From Bacillota bacterium (GTDB taxonomy: Bacteria; Bacillota; Dethiobacteria; DTU022), in the NCBI GenBank assembly GCA_040751775.1, contig JBFMGD010000008.1, positions 15,431 through 79,430 of the forward strand: 64,000 bases of DNA. Reading direction: 5' to 3'. Under the pieces are notes generated by a model that saw nothing but the letters and a program-made list of their open reading frames with translations, did no database searches and had not been told where the DNA came from. A program made the translations under genes and the position numbers. Position 1 is the first letter of the stretch, and each line of letters opens with the position of its first letter. Below, in pieces: positions 39,532 to 48,625 of the stretch.

Positions 39532-40429
39532 AGAAATAGCGCTTAAGCCGCTTCCGCCCGTCCGTCAAAGCATGGCCATATCTTTCGGCATCCCATCTCC
39601 AATGCTTTCGCGCTTTTTTCAATAGCAAGTTCACCCATCCGGCCGCAGCCTTCCGGTCACAGGGTAGCGGCCTTTCTCCCAGAGCCCGCGGGTATACCGT
39701 CAGGTAGCGGTGGAATGCGGGCGCCTCACGCCCGGCAATCGCCCGGGCCAGTTCCCGACTGGAGGCGATGGCCTGGCGGATGTGTTCATTTTTTCGGGTG
39801 TTAAAGGCGCCGTCGGGACGGTAGCGGTAATGCAGGAGCACTTCCGGCAGCCTGGCGATGCGGGCCTTTAAAGCGAGGCGGCTCCACAGGTCCCCGTCTT
39901 CATCAGGAATCATCCGATACCTCAGGTTGAATTGCCGAAGGGCTGCCATCCTCATTACTGCGGTAGGATGAGCAACGGGGTTATCCCAAAGCAGAATCCA
40001 TTCCAAGGGAGCCGGGGTTTTAGACCACCAGGGGGGTGTAATAATTTTCCCTTCGGAGTTGATTGACCGGACGTTTGTTCCACACAGCCCATATTCAGGG
40101 TTTGCCTCCATAAACTCAACCTGATTGGCCAGGCGCTCAGGCAGGCTGATATCATCACTATCCATCCTGGCCATGTATTCGCCTCCGGCCAGGTCAATAC
40201 CTATATTTAATGCGGCGGCAATTCCCCTGTTCTTTGAACTTTGGACAAGCTTGACCCGCCGATCATTATAAGCATTTACGATAGCGGCACTGGAATCGGT
40301 TGAGCCGTCGTCAATGACCAGGAGTTCAAAGTCGGTGTAAGTCTGGTTTAAGATACTGTCGACTGCCTCCCGCAAATATTTTTCCCCGTTGAAAACAGGC
40401 AACACAACCGTTACTTTCGGCCTCCTCAA
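39509..40429 (-). CDS. GT2 glycosyltransferase (inverted paralogue of 25051–25971)
   Basis: VTVVLPVFNGEKYLREAVDSILNQTYTDFELLVIDDGSTDSS…RMDSDD. Overlaps the rmlD 3' end by 23 bp, convergently. Confidence 0.85.
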   Translation of the reverse strand: MRRPKVTVVLPVFNGEKYLREAVDSILNQTYTDFELLVIDDGSTDSSAAIVNAYNDRRVKLVQSSKNRGIAAALNIGIDLAGGEYMARMDSDDISLPERLANQVEFMEANPEYGLCGTNVRSINSEGKIITPPWWSKTPAPLEWILLWDNPVAHPTAVMRMAALRQFNLRYRMIPDEDGDLWSRLALKARIARLPEVLLHYRYRPDGAFNTRKNEHIRQAIASSRELARAIAGREAPAFHRYLTVYPRALGERPLPCDRKAAAGWVNLLLKKARKHWRWDAERYGHALTDGRKRLKRYFSTITAHP

Positions 40430-40507
40430 TTTATCCCCTTCTCTTCATTTTGCAGATAACATGATCATAATTCATAAAAATACCTCCAAATCGTACGCCT
40501 GTTTCCG

Positions 40508-41267
40508 GTGTTATTTTATGCCCGATCCTTTTTGAGGTGCACTCAGCACAATCTGGTATACGCTAAGCTGATCAAACATATGGGAAAAGAAAAAGCCCGG
40601 CAGTATGCTGAAGCCAATGAATATGCCATTATCTTTATCAAGGAGTTGATTAATCAAAAGAAGATCGACTGTGACTTTTCAAGACAAGCGGCATATGTAT
40701 ATACTCAGTCCGAAAAATACATAAAGCAAATACAAAATGAGGTAGAAGCTGCTTTAAGCCTTGGAATTAAAGCAGCATATATTGAGCAGTTGCCTCTGCC
40801 GTTTGAGATAAAGGCGGCTGAACGTTTTGACAACCAGGCCCAGTTTCATCCCCGCAAGTATTTATTGGCGCTGGCAAAGGAAATACCGGGAGACGGCAGC
40901 CATATATTTGAACAAACCAGGGCGGTAGATTTTCATAATCGAGTTTGCTCAAGAAACATTTGATTACCTGGATATGCCGTTTAGATGGTCAACGCAAGAT
41001 TATACAACCCTGGACGATATTCCTTACGTGGGTAATATAACTTCAAAAAGCCCCAACGTGTACGTAGCCACCGGTTTTAAAAAATGGGGAATGACCAATA
41101 GTACAGTTTCCGCGATCTTGTTAAAGGACTTGATCGTGAAAGGCGAGAGTCCCTGGGCGCCGGTCTATGATCCCTCCAGATTTGAGGGAGATCCCATGAT
41201 CAAAAATTTTGTGAGTATTAATGCCGATGTGATTAAGCATTCAATCAAAGAGGGCATAGAGATTTAG
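40508..41267 (+). pseudogene. DAO-family FAD-dependent oxidoreductase, N-terminally truncated and frameshifted (two fragments)
   Basis: 40508–40963 has the middle region (…FHPRKYLLALAKEI…) and 40974–41267 the C-terminal region (…YVATGFKKWGMTNS…). No Rossmann N-terminus. Confidence 0.6.
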
Positions 41268-41571
41268 TGGTTAAACCCCTTTGATCCGTTTGAGACGGTA
41301 CCGGATTCGATCGTGTTTAGCCAAAGTTTTTTATAGGGAAGCCCGCTTACCGCTTCACGGGCAGCCTTGGCTTTTTCATCCACCTCGCCGGCGAGGCCTC
41401 CATTTGGATGGCCGCCCACGACGCGCAGCAAGGTGCGGATGAAACGAGAGAGATGGTTGCCCAGCAGGGGCGGGCGAAATTTTTAGGTAAGCGCTCCAAG
41501 GGGTTCCACGATGCCGGTGCCTGCTCGGTTGCCCTTATTTTTAAAGTAATGGCGGAAAAGCTTCCGCTGCC

Positions 41572-43128
41572 TTATTGAATTGCCAGGCGTTTGAGCCTTT
41601 GTTGGAGATTTTGTCTGGACATACCCAGGGCTTTGGCTGTTCGCGAAATATTCTGCTGGTTGTTATTCAAAGTCTCGCTAATAATTTCATTTTCTATCTG
41701 TAACAGCAGCTGCTTGAGACTGCGGGACTCACTGTTGTCTTCATAGATAGAGTGGTAACTGTACTTAACCCCTTTATACTTCTGCAGTAGGTGTGCCGGA
41801 ATGTGTCTTAATTCTATTAAGGCGGCGTTTTCTTCAGCAAAGTTCATGGCATGTTCCACGGCATGCAGCAGTTCACGCACGTTCCCGGGCCAACTGTGTT
41901 GATGAAATACGGTCATTACTTCGGGGATCACGTCGCCTACAGCCTTGTTCATAATCTTGTTCGCCTGCCGGATAAAGTGGCGCACCAGGAGAGGCAGATC
42001 GCCCGTGCGATCCCGCAGGGGAGGGATGGTCAAGGTAACCACGGCCAGGCGGTAGTAGAGGTCCTGCCGCAGGCTGTTCCTGTTGATTGCTTCCTGGGGA
42101 TCTGTGTTTAAGGCGCTGATAATCCTCGGATTTACCCGGATATCTGTTTGGCCGCCCAACCTCCGGATTGTTTTTGATTCGAGCACCCGCAGCAATTTGC
42201 TTTGCAGGGAAACGTCCATGGAGCTAATTTCATCCAGGAAAAGGGTTCCCTGGTCCGCTTCTTCAAACAGCCCCGGTTTATCTTCCGACCCGGTAAAGGC
42301 CCCTTTTTTCGTTCCAAAGAGTACGCTTTCCAGCAAAGTGGGCGGGATGGCAGCACAGTTGACGGCAACAAAAGGACTCTTGGCGCGAAGACTGAAATTG
42401 TGTATGCTCTGGGCGAAGAGCTCTTTACCGGTACCGGTTTCTCCATAAATCAGTACCGGTGACATGTTCACGGCAATGCGCCGGGCAAATTCAACAGTTC
42501 CCTGTATCGCGGCGCTTTCTCCGACAATGTCCTCAAAGGTATACTGGGTCCCGTTTTTAGTATGGTTTGTATAGAGCTGTTTTTGCAAATGGATGACAGT
42601 GTCAACCAGCTGCTTCTTCTTGGTTATATCACTGTTTACTGAAACAGCTCCGATAATTTTTCCTTGGAATATAATTGGAAATGTGTTTGTAATGATATTG
42701 ATCTTTGTGCCATTTTTGGTAAAATAGGTTGCCTGGTGGTTTTTCACCGGCTTCCCCGTTTTCAGAACCTTGAGTAGAATACTGCTATCCTCATCAAGCT
42801 GGTAGGCCTCGGTAATATGCTTACCTAAAACATGGGCGGCCTTGTTGTTCTCAATTTGCTCCAGGGCCTTGGAATAAAAAAAGGTTTTACCGGTACTATC
42901 CACAATATGAATACCGTCTTCAATAATATTTAAGGAATGAGCCAGGAGCTCGCGCTCAACTGTTTTAGCCAACCGCGCTGTTTGGTGCCGCCCTATTTCC
43001 GGACCCAAGGTTTTCCCTCCATCAGGTGCAAATATTTTTGCGTTTGTTACTAGATTCGTCGTAACATTCAGAAATCCTGCTCTCTTTTCGGGTGGCAAGA
43101 AATAATTGCACGCAATAATTTCTTGCAC
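41572..43128 (-). CDS. Sigma-54-dependent transcriptional activator (PAS sensor, AAA+ sigma-54 interaction domain, Fis-type HTH)
   Basis: GETGTGKELFA Walker A. A GAFTGA-loop variant region (GAFTGS). C-terminal HTH. Divergent from a -24/-12 promoter. Confidence 0.85.
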   Translation of the reverse strand: MQEIIACNYFLPPEKRAGFLNVTTNLVTNAKIFAPDGGKTLGPEIGRHQTARLAKTVERELLAHSLNIIEDGIHIVDSTGKTFFYSKALEQIENNKAAHVLGKHITEAYQLDEDSSILLKVLKTGKPVKNHQATYFTKNGTKINIITNTFPIIFQGKIIGAVSVNSDITKKKQLVDTVIHLQKQLYTNHTKNGTQYTFEDIVGESAAIQGTVEFARRIAVNMSPVLIYGETGTGKELFAQSIHNFSLRAKSPFVAVNCAAIPPTLLESVLFGTKKGAFTGSEDKPGLFEEADQGTLFLDEISSMDVSLQSKLLRVLESKTIRRLGGQTDIRVNPRIISALNTDPQEAINRNSLRQDLYYRLAVVTLTIPPLRDRTGDLPLLVRHFIRQANKIMNKAVGDVIPEVMTVFHQHSWPGNVRELLHAVEHAMNFAEENAALIELRHIPAHLLQKYKGVKYSYHSIYEDNSESRSLKQLLLQIENEIISETLNNNQQNISRTAKALGMSRQNLQQRLKRLAIQ

Positions 43129-43218
43129 TTTGCCTTGCTCCGATGGCCTCTGGTCCTCCCTAAAACCAACTTTTTCGGCCTTGTTTTATACACGGTTGCC
43201 AATATTAATGTAATTGGA

Positions 43219-43236
43219 TTGGCATCTCTTTTGCAA
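43219..43236 (+). promoter_or_regulatory. Sigma-54 (-24/-12) promoter: tTGGCATctcttTTGCAa
   Basis: GG at 43221–22 and GC at 43233–34 have the canonical 10-nt spacing. Sits 46 bp upstream of the ATG at 43282 and opposite the activator gene. Confidence 0.7.
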
Positions 43237-43281
43237 TAAAAAGAGGTGTGTCGTAAATTGCATAGGGAGGATGTCTGAGAA

Positions 43282-44505
43282 GTGGCAAACATGGCTTATC
43301 TACAGGAAAAACCGATCGCAGTACTGGGTGCGGGCGCCGTGGGCAAAGCCCAGGCGGCTGATTGCACCCTAGCCGGTGCCAGGGTTCGTTTGTGTGACCT
43401 TCACCCGTTTTCAAAGAAGACTCTTTTCGGGGTTCGTGATAGTGGGATTAATTTTTACGGGAGCCAGCTGAACCTTTACAGTTTTGAGCGCTCCGGTGTG
43501 GCCTTTATGGAAAAGGTGACTGAGGATGTAGCGGAGGCCGTTAAAGGCGCGGGCCTGGTTATCGTGGCAACACCGGCTTTCGGTCACCAGGTGTTTTTTG
43601 AAAAATTGATCCCCTGCCTTGAAGACGGCATGGTCATTCATATTTTCCCGGACAACTTCGGGTCGCTGCTGCTGCGCAAAATGATGCGGGAAGCAGGGTG
43701 CGAGAAAAAGGTAATCATCGGGGGTTGGTCCAGCGCGCCTTACGGCTGCCGGGTTGACATAAAAGGCGGCGTCGTCCTTCCCCGGATCCGTGTTTATTAC
43801 CGCGCCATTACCCTGCGAGGGGCCGCCCTCCCCATGGCCGACCAGGAACAGTTCCTGGAAAGCGCCAAATACCTCGGCTCCATGGACGCCATTACTAAAA
43901 ACGGCGGCCTGGATCCCGGCGATACAGTGCTGGATATAGGTTTCAGCAATGTCAACCCCGTTTTGCACTGCCCCGGCACTATTTTAGGCGTAGGGGTGAT
44001 GGAAAACTGGGGCGTGATTTACGGCAAGGACAAATATGATTTTTCTATCTACTCCCATGCGTACTGTCCCTCCATCGCCAAGGTACAGTATGCTTTTTAT
44101 CTCGAAGAATGCGCCCTCGCGGAAGCCATCGGCGTAGGGATCCAGCAGTTTGAGAAGAAGCATTTCTTCCACCGGGAAAGCATATTGGGTGCGGAGTATA
44201 TGGGCCCGGATTATGTCATCCCCTTTGAACAGCACGATTATATCCAATATGGAACAGGTCCCTTTGATATTAACAACCGGTACATTACCGAGGACATTCC
44301 CGTAGGCTGCCATGTTTATCACCAATTGGGTCAAAGATTAGGGGTTAAAACACCGGTGATAGATTCCATGATTAACCTGGCGAATGCGATGATGGAAACA
44401 TGTTATTATGATAAAGGGTACACACTTGCATATCTTGGAATCGGGCATATGGACAAAACAGCATTGAACCGGTATCTTAGGGAAGGCATCTGCGGCGGGG
44501 CATAA
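43282..44505 (+). CDS. NAD(P)-dependent dehydrogenase of the opine-dehydrogenase / ketopantoate-reductase (6PGDH-like) superfamily
   Basis: N-terminal PIAVLGAGAVGKA Rossmann motif. Length (407 aa) and C-terminal helical domain favour the ODH-like type. Confidence 0.55.
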   Translation: MANMAYLQEKPIAVLGAGAVGKAQAADCTLAGARVRLCDLHPFSKKTLFGVRDSGINFYGSQLNLYSFERSGVAFMEKVTEDVAEAVKGAGLVIVATPAFGHQVFFEKLIPCLEDGMVIHIFPDNFGSLLLRKMMREAGCEKKVIIGGWSSAPYGCRVDIKGGVVLPRIRVYYRAITLRGAALPMADQEQFLESAKYLGSMDAITKNGGLDPGDTVLDIGFSNVNPVLHCPGTILGVGVMENWGVIYGKDKYDFSIYSHAYCPSIAKVQYAFYLEECALAEAIGVGIQQFEKKHFFHRESILGAEYMGPDYVIPFEQHDYIQYGTGPFDINNRYITEDIPVGCHVYHQLGQRLGVKTPVIDSMINLANAMMETCYYDKGYTLAYLGIGHMDKTALNRYLREGICGGA

Positions 44506-44552
44506 CCCGTTCTCTTCCCGGTATCGGCCATATTGACGAGGAGGGTTGTCTG

Positions 44553-46028
44553 TTGAATTGGGACAGGTCGAGTTGTAGCAACCAGGTTGACAATGCTTCT
44601 GTACAATTTTCGGTCCTTTCCAGGAATCAGCGTGAGCGCATATTCAGCGCCATCCTGGAAGTCCTGGAGCGCACCGGAACTAAAGTCTATAATGAAGAGG
44701 CTCTGGCCCTGCTCAAGAATGCCGGGTGCCGGTCAGACGGCGAAAGAGTATGGATCCCGTCCCGATTGGTGGAAAGGGCCGTTCGTTCAGCTCCTTCCCG
44801 TGTAACCCTGGCTGATCGTAACGGCAAGAGAAGGCTTTTTTTGGAAGGCAATAACACTTACTTTGGTCCAGGCCCGACAAACCCTTACTTTATTGACCTG
44901 GAAACGGGAGAGCGGCGCAAGGTCACCAAGGAGGACGCCTGCAATGTTGCCACGCTGGTGGACTGTTTGCCTGGTATGGATTTCTGCATGTCCTTGGCCA
45001 GTATTTCCAATGTGACGCCTGTACTGGCGGATGTACATGAAGTGCATGCCATGCTTACATCTACTACGAAACCGGTTGTTACCTGGGCTTTTAACCTCCA
45101 AAACAATGAGACTATCGTCTCCATGTGCGAAGCCGTGGCAGGCAGCGCGGCGGAGTTAAGAGACAACCCGTTTCTAGCGCTCTATGCGGAACCGGCCACA
45201 CCCTTAAAGCATCCCAAGGAATCCCTGGACAAACTTTTTTACATGGCCGAAAAGGAGCTTCCCATTATTTACACCCCGGGGGTCCAGGGTAGCGCCACCG
45301 CTCCCGCTTCCCTGGCCGGGGTGATCGTCATAGCGGCCGCAGATTGCCTGGCGGGGCTGGTCATGCACCAGCTAAAGAAGGAAGGGGCTCCCTTTATTGC
45401 CGGTGGGGTCACCACCAATATGGATATGAAAACCATGATTCATTGTTATGCTTCTTCTCCCGACTTTTGCCTGATGCACGCCGGTTATACCGAGCTGATC
45501 CAACACCTCAACCTGCCTATGTTCAGCACCGCCGGCTGCAGTGATTCCAAGGTGCTGGATATGCAGGCGGCCATCGAGTATGCCCTCTCTATATACAGCG
45601 CCGCCTTAAGCGGCGCCAACCTGGTCCATGATGTCGGTTTTCTGGAATCGGGGATGTCCGCCTCGTTGCAGGGCCTGGTGATGGGTGATGAAATCATCAG
45701 CTACGTGCGCAAAATGGTGCAGGGGATAAGGGTCGACAGCGATACCCTGGCCCTGGATGTAATCGATTCCGTGGGGCCCGGGGGGCATTTCCTGCAGGAG
45801 ATGCATACGCTGCAAAACTTTAAAACGCAATTTTGGCTGCCCAAGTTGATTAACCGTGAGAATTATGCGTCCTGGGATCTGAACGGGAAAATTACCTACG
45901 ACCAGCGGCTCACGGCTAAGGCGCGGCAGCTGCTCCAGGAGCATCAACCACAGCCTCTGGGGGATGATTTAAAAGCCGAATTGCTGAGAATCTTGAACCG
46001 TGCGGAAACGGAAAAAGCAGGTATATAA
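44553..46028 (+). CDS. MttB-superfamily (non-pyrrolysine) quaternary-amine:corrinoid methyltransferase homologue 1
   Basis: TTG start after a GAGGAGGG RBS. N-terminus …SRNQRERIFSAILEVLERTGTKVYNEEALALLKNAGC… matches the MttB-family signature. No in-frame TAG. Confidence 0.8.
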   Translation: MNWDRSSCSNQVDNASVQFSVLSRNQRERIFSAILEVLERTGTKVYNEEALALLKNAGCRSDGERVWIPSRLVERAVRSAPSRVTLADRNGKRRLFLEGNNTYFGPGPTNPYFIDLETGERRKVTKEDACNVATLVDCLPGMDFCMSLASISNVTPVLADVHEVHAMLTSTTKPVVTWAFNLQNNETIVSMCEAVAGSAAELRDNPFLALYAEPATPLKHPKESLDKLFYMAEKELPIIYTPGVQGSATAPASLAGVIVIAAADCLAGLVMHQLKKEGAPFIAGGVTTNMDMKTMIHCYASSPDFCLMHAGYTELIQHLNLPMFSTAGCSDSKVLDMQAAIEYALSIYSAALSGANLVHDVGFLESGMSASLQGLVMGDEIISYVRKMVQGIRVDSDTLALDVIDSVGPGGHFLQEMHTLQNFKTQFWLPKLINRENYASWDLNGKITYDQRLTAKARQLLQEHQPQPLGDDLKAELLRILNRAETEKAGI

Positions 46029-46058
46029 CAAATCAATCCATAGCACAAGGGTGAATTT

Positions 46059-46910
46059 ATGAAAAAGAGAAAAACTGTCGTTGATTTTATGAAAATGAAA
46101 AAACAGGGAGACCAGGTTGCCTGGATCACCGCTTACGAATACCTGGCCGCCTCCTACGCCGAGCAGGCGGGTATGGACATGGTCCTGGTGGGCGACTCCC
46201 TGGGTATGGTTCTCCTGGGATACGAAAGCACTATTCCCGTGACCATGTCTGACTGTATATCCCACTGCCAGGCGGTTCGCCGCGGAGCCCCCAACACCTG
46301 GGTTATCGGAGATATGCCTTTTCTCTCTTACCAGCAGTCCGACCAGCAGGCCGTTGAAAACGCCGGCCGGTTTTTCAAGGAAGCCGGGGTGGATTGCATC
46401 AAGCTTGAGGGTGGGCAGCGGGTCGCCGACCGGATTAAGGCCATCACGAACGGCGGTATGCTGGTGATGGGACATATCGGCCTGACTCCCCAAAGCTCCG
46501 GCCAGCTGGGCGGCTTTGTCGCGCAGGGCCGGGATGTGGGCAGCGCGCGGGAAGTGATCAAGGACGCCCTGGCCGTTGAGAAGGCGGGGGCCTACGCTTT
46601 GCTGGTGGAGGCGGTGCCGCCCGAGGTAACCGCCTTTATGCGAGAGAGGCTCTCTATACCGGTTTACTCCATCGGCGCCGGCCCCTCGGACGGGCAGCTC
46701 TTGATCTCCAGCGACCTGTTAGGTAAGTTCCAGGCTTTCACCCCCAAATTTGTCAAAAAATACGCCAATCTTGCGGAAATTGAAATTAGCGCTTACCGGG
46801 CCTACATTGCAGATGTAAAAAGCGGGGCGTTTCCGGCGGAGGAACACGTTTATCATATTACTGAACCGCCGGAAGCCTTTGCGGAGCTGTTTAAAGAGTT
46901 GGCCGAGTAG
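46059..46910 (+). CDS. panB: 3-methyl-2-oxobutanoate hydroxymethyltransferase (PanB) family protein
   Basis: VGDSLGMVLLGYESTIPVTMSDCISHCQAVRRGAPNTWVIGDMPFLSYQQS…IKLEGG is a strong PanB signature. Confidence 0.8.
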   Translation: MKKRKTVVDFMKMKKQGDQVAWITAYEYLAASYAEQAGMDMVLVGDSLGMVLLGYESTIPVTMSDCISHCQAVRRGAPNTWVIGDMPFLSYQQSDQQAVENAGRFFKEAGVDCIKLEGGQRVADRIKAITNGGMLVMGHIGLTPQSSGQLGGFVAQGRDVGSAREVIKDALAVEKAGAYALLVEAVPPEVTAFMRERLSIPVYSIGAGPSDGQLLISSDLLGKFQAFTPKFVKKYANLAEIEISAYRAYIADVKSGAFPAEEHVYHITEPPEAFAELFKELAE

Positions 46911-46942
46911 CTTATAGCTCCGGGCTCCGCTCCACGAAGGAG

Positions 46943-47653
46943 GTGGTCCATCGCGGGCAAGAAAAGAATGCCGAGATAGGGTGTAAAGGGGGTATAGAGG
47001 TCATAATGGAAGGTGTCACCGTTTTTTTTCAATACTTGTGGGAGATAAGAGATTCCCTGATGCTGTTGACTGCCCGCCACGCCTGGATGTCCCTGGCCGG
47101 GGTGGTATTGGGTACGGTAACCGCCGTTCCCATCGGCGTTTTTATCTCCCGAAGGCCGGGGCTGGCTAACTTCACCATAGATGTGGCGGGAATGCTCTAC
47201 ACGATACCTTCCCTGGCTTTGCTTGGTTTTCTGTTACCCTTTGTCGGTTTGGGGTGGCTGCCTACGATTCTGGCTCTGGTCATCTACTCGTGGCTACCGG
47301 TCTTACGAAACACCTGTACAGGTATTATGAATGTAGATCCCGCCGCAAAAGAAGCGGCCAAAGGAATGGGGGCCACATCGTTTCAACTGCTGCTCCGCGT
47401 TGAGCTGCCGCTGGCTTTACCGGTGATTATGGCAGCCATTCGAACCGTCGCCGTGCTTACCGTGGGTATTACCATTATGGGGGCGCTCGTCGGCGCCAGG
47501 GGTTTGGGCGAGCTGATCTTTCAGGGGCTTTCGATGATGGACAATCGCCTCATCTTGGCGGGAACGATCCCGGTGTCGGCCATGGCGCTTCTGTTTGACC
47601 AGGTGTTGGGTCTTCTAGAGCGAAAGCTCAAGGTTGTAACCGGTAGTGCATGA
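46943..47653 (+). CDS. OpuC/ProW-type quaternary-amine ABC transporter permease 1
   Basis: Multi-helix hydrophobic profile with ABC-TM1 EAA-like loop. Gene order permease–SBP–ATPase–permease. Start may be internal (47004 or 47060). Confidence 0.75.
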   Translation: MVHRGQEKNAEIGCKGGIEVIMEGVTVFFQYLWEIRDSLMLLTARHAWMSLAGVVLGTVTAVPIGVFISRRPGLANFTIDVAGMLYTIPSLALLGFLLPFVGLGWLPTILALVIYSWLPVLRNTCTGIMNVDPAAKEAAKGMGATSFQLLLRVELPLALPVIMAAIRTVAVLTVGITIMGALVGARGLGELIFQGLSMMDNRLILAGTIPVSAMALLFDQVLGLLERKLKVVTGSA

Positions 47654-47706
47654 TGCTGCCGAATATCAATACATCAGTATCATACCAAAAAGAGGAGGAT
47701 TAACGT

Positions 47707-48609
47707 ATGAAGCTTTTCAAAGTTACCGCGTTACTGCTTGCTGTTTTGTTGATGTCGCTGCTGTTTGTAGGGGGTTGTGGTGAACCTGAGCAAGCCGAAG
47801 AGTATACGGTGGTCATCGCCGGCAAAGGATGGGCTGAAAACATGACCCTGGCCTACATGGCTGCTCTGCTCATCGAAGCGAACACGGACCTTAAAGTTGA
47901 CACCACTAAGGTTAATATGGGCCCGACGGAAATGCTTCACCCCGCGCTGGTGGAAGGACAGATCGATCTTTACCCCGAGTACACCGGCACCGCCTGGATG
48001 GTTGTATTAAAGCAGGAAGTCATCCAGGATCGGGTGGAGATTTTTGAAAAGTCGCGTGATGCTTACCAGGAACAATTCGGCATTACCTGCTTAGATCCCC
48101 TGGGCTTCCAAAACACCTTTGCCATCGCCATGCCTCGTGAAAAAGCGGAAGAACTGGGCATTACCACACTTTCCGAACTGGCGGCATTTCCCGATTTAAC
48201 TTTTGTCGGCGATTCTACCACGTTTACCCGGCCTGACGTCTACCTGGGCCTGGCGGAAACCTACGGCTTAAATATGAACCAGGTGATTGTTGATACCGCC
48301 TTCTTCTATGAAGCGCTGGCCCAAGGCCAGGGTGATGTAACGACCTGCTTCTCAACTGACGGCCGCTTAAAGGAATATGGTTTTGTCGTTCTCGAAGACG
48401 ACAAGAGCTTCTTCCCGCCGTACGATGCAATGTTCGTAGTACGTACTGAACTCCTGGAGCAATATCCAGAAATAGCCGAAGCCCTGGCCCCGCTCCTTGG
48501 GACCATCGACGGCGAGACAATGACCGAGTTGAACTACAAAGTTGAAGTAGAACAACAGGAGCCAGAGGATGTAGCCAGAGAGTTTTTGAAAGCGAGAGGG
48601 CTCATCTAG
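47707..48609 (+). CDS. Glycine-betaine/choline/carnitine-type substrate-binding lipoprotein
   Basis: Signal peptide with lipobox LFVGGC. OpuAC/OpuCC-like fold (…YPEYTGTAW…). Confidence 0.75.
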   Translation: MKLFKVTALLLAVLLMSLLFVGGCGEPEQAEEYTVVIAGKGWAENMTLAYMAALLIEANTDLKVDTTKVNMGPTEMLHPALVEGQIDLYPEYTGTAWMVVLKQEVIQDRVEIFEKSRDAYQEQFGITCLDPLGFQNTFAIAMPREKAEELGITTLSELAAFPDLTFVGDSTTFTRPDVYLGLAETYGLNMNQVIVDTAFFYEALAQGQGDVTTCFSTDGRLKEYGFVVLEDDKSFFPPYDAMFVVRTELLEQYPEIAEALAPLLGTIDGETMTELNYKVEVEQQEPEDVAREFLKARGLI

Positions 48610-48625
48610 GCAACAGAGAGGCGGT

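Noticed and set aside
44553-46028. Possibility that the MttB homologues are genuine pyrrolysine-containing trimethylamine methyltransferases
   Set aside because: Both reading frames are uninterrupted. There is no in-frame TAG, and no pylTSBCD genes are in the window. They are treated as the non-Pyl quaternary-amine branch.
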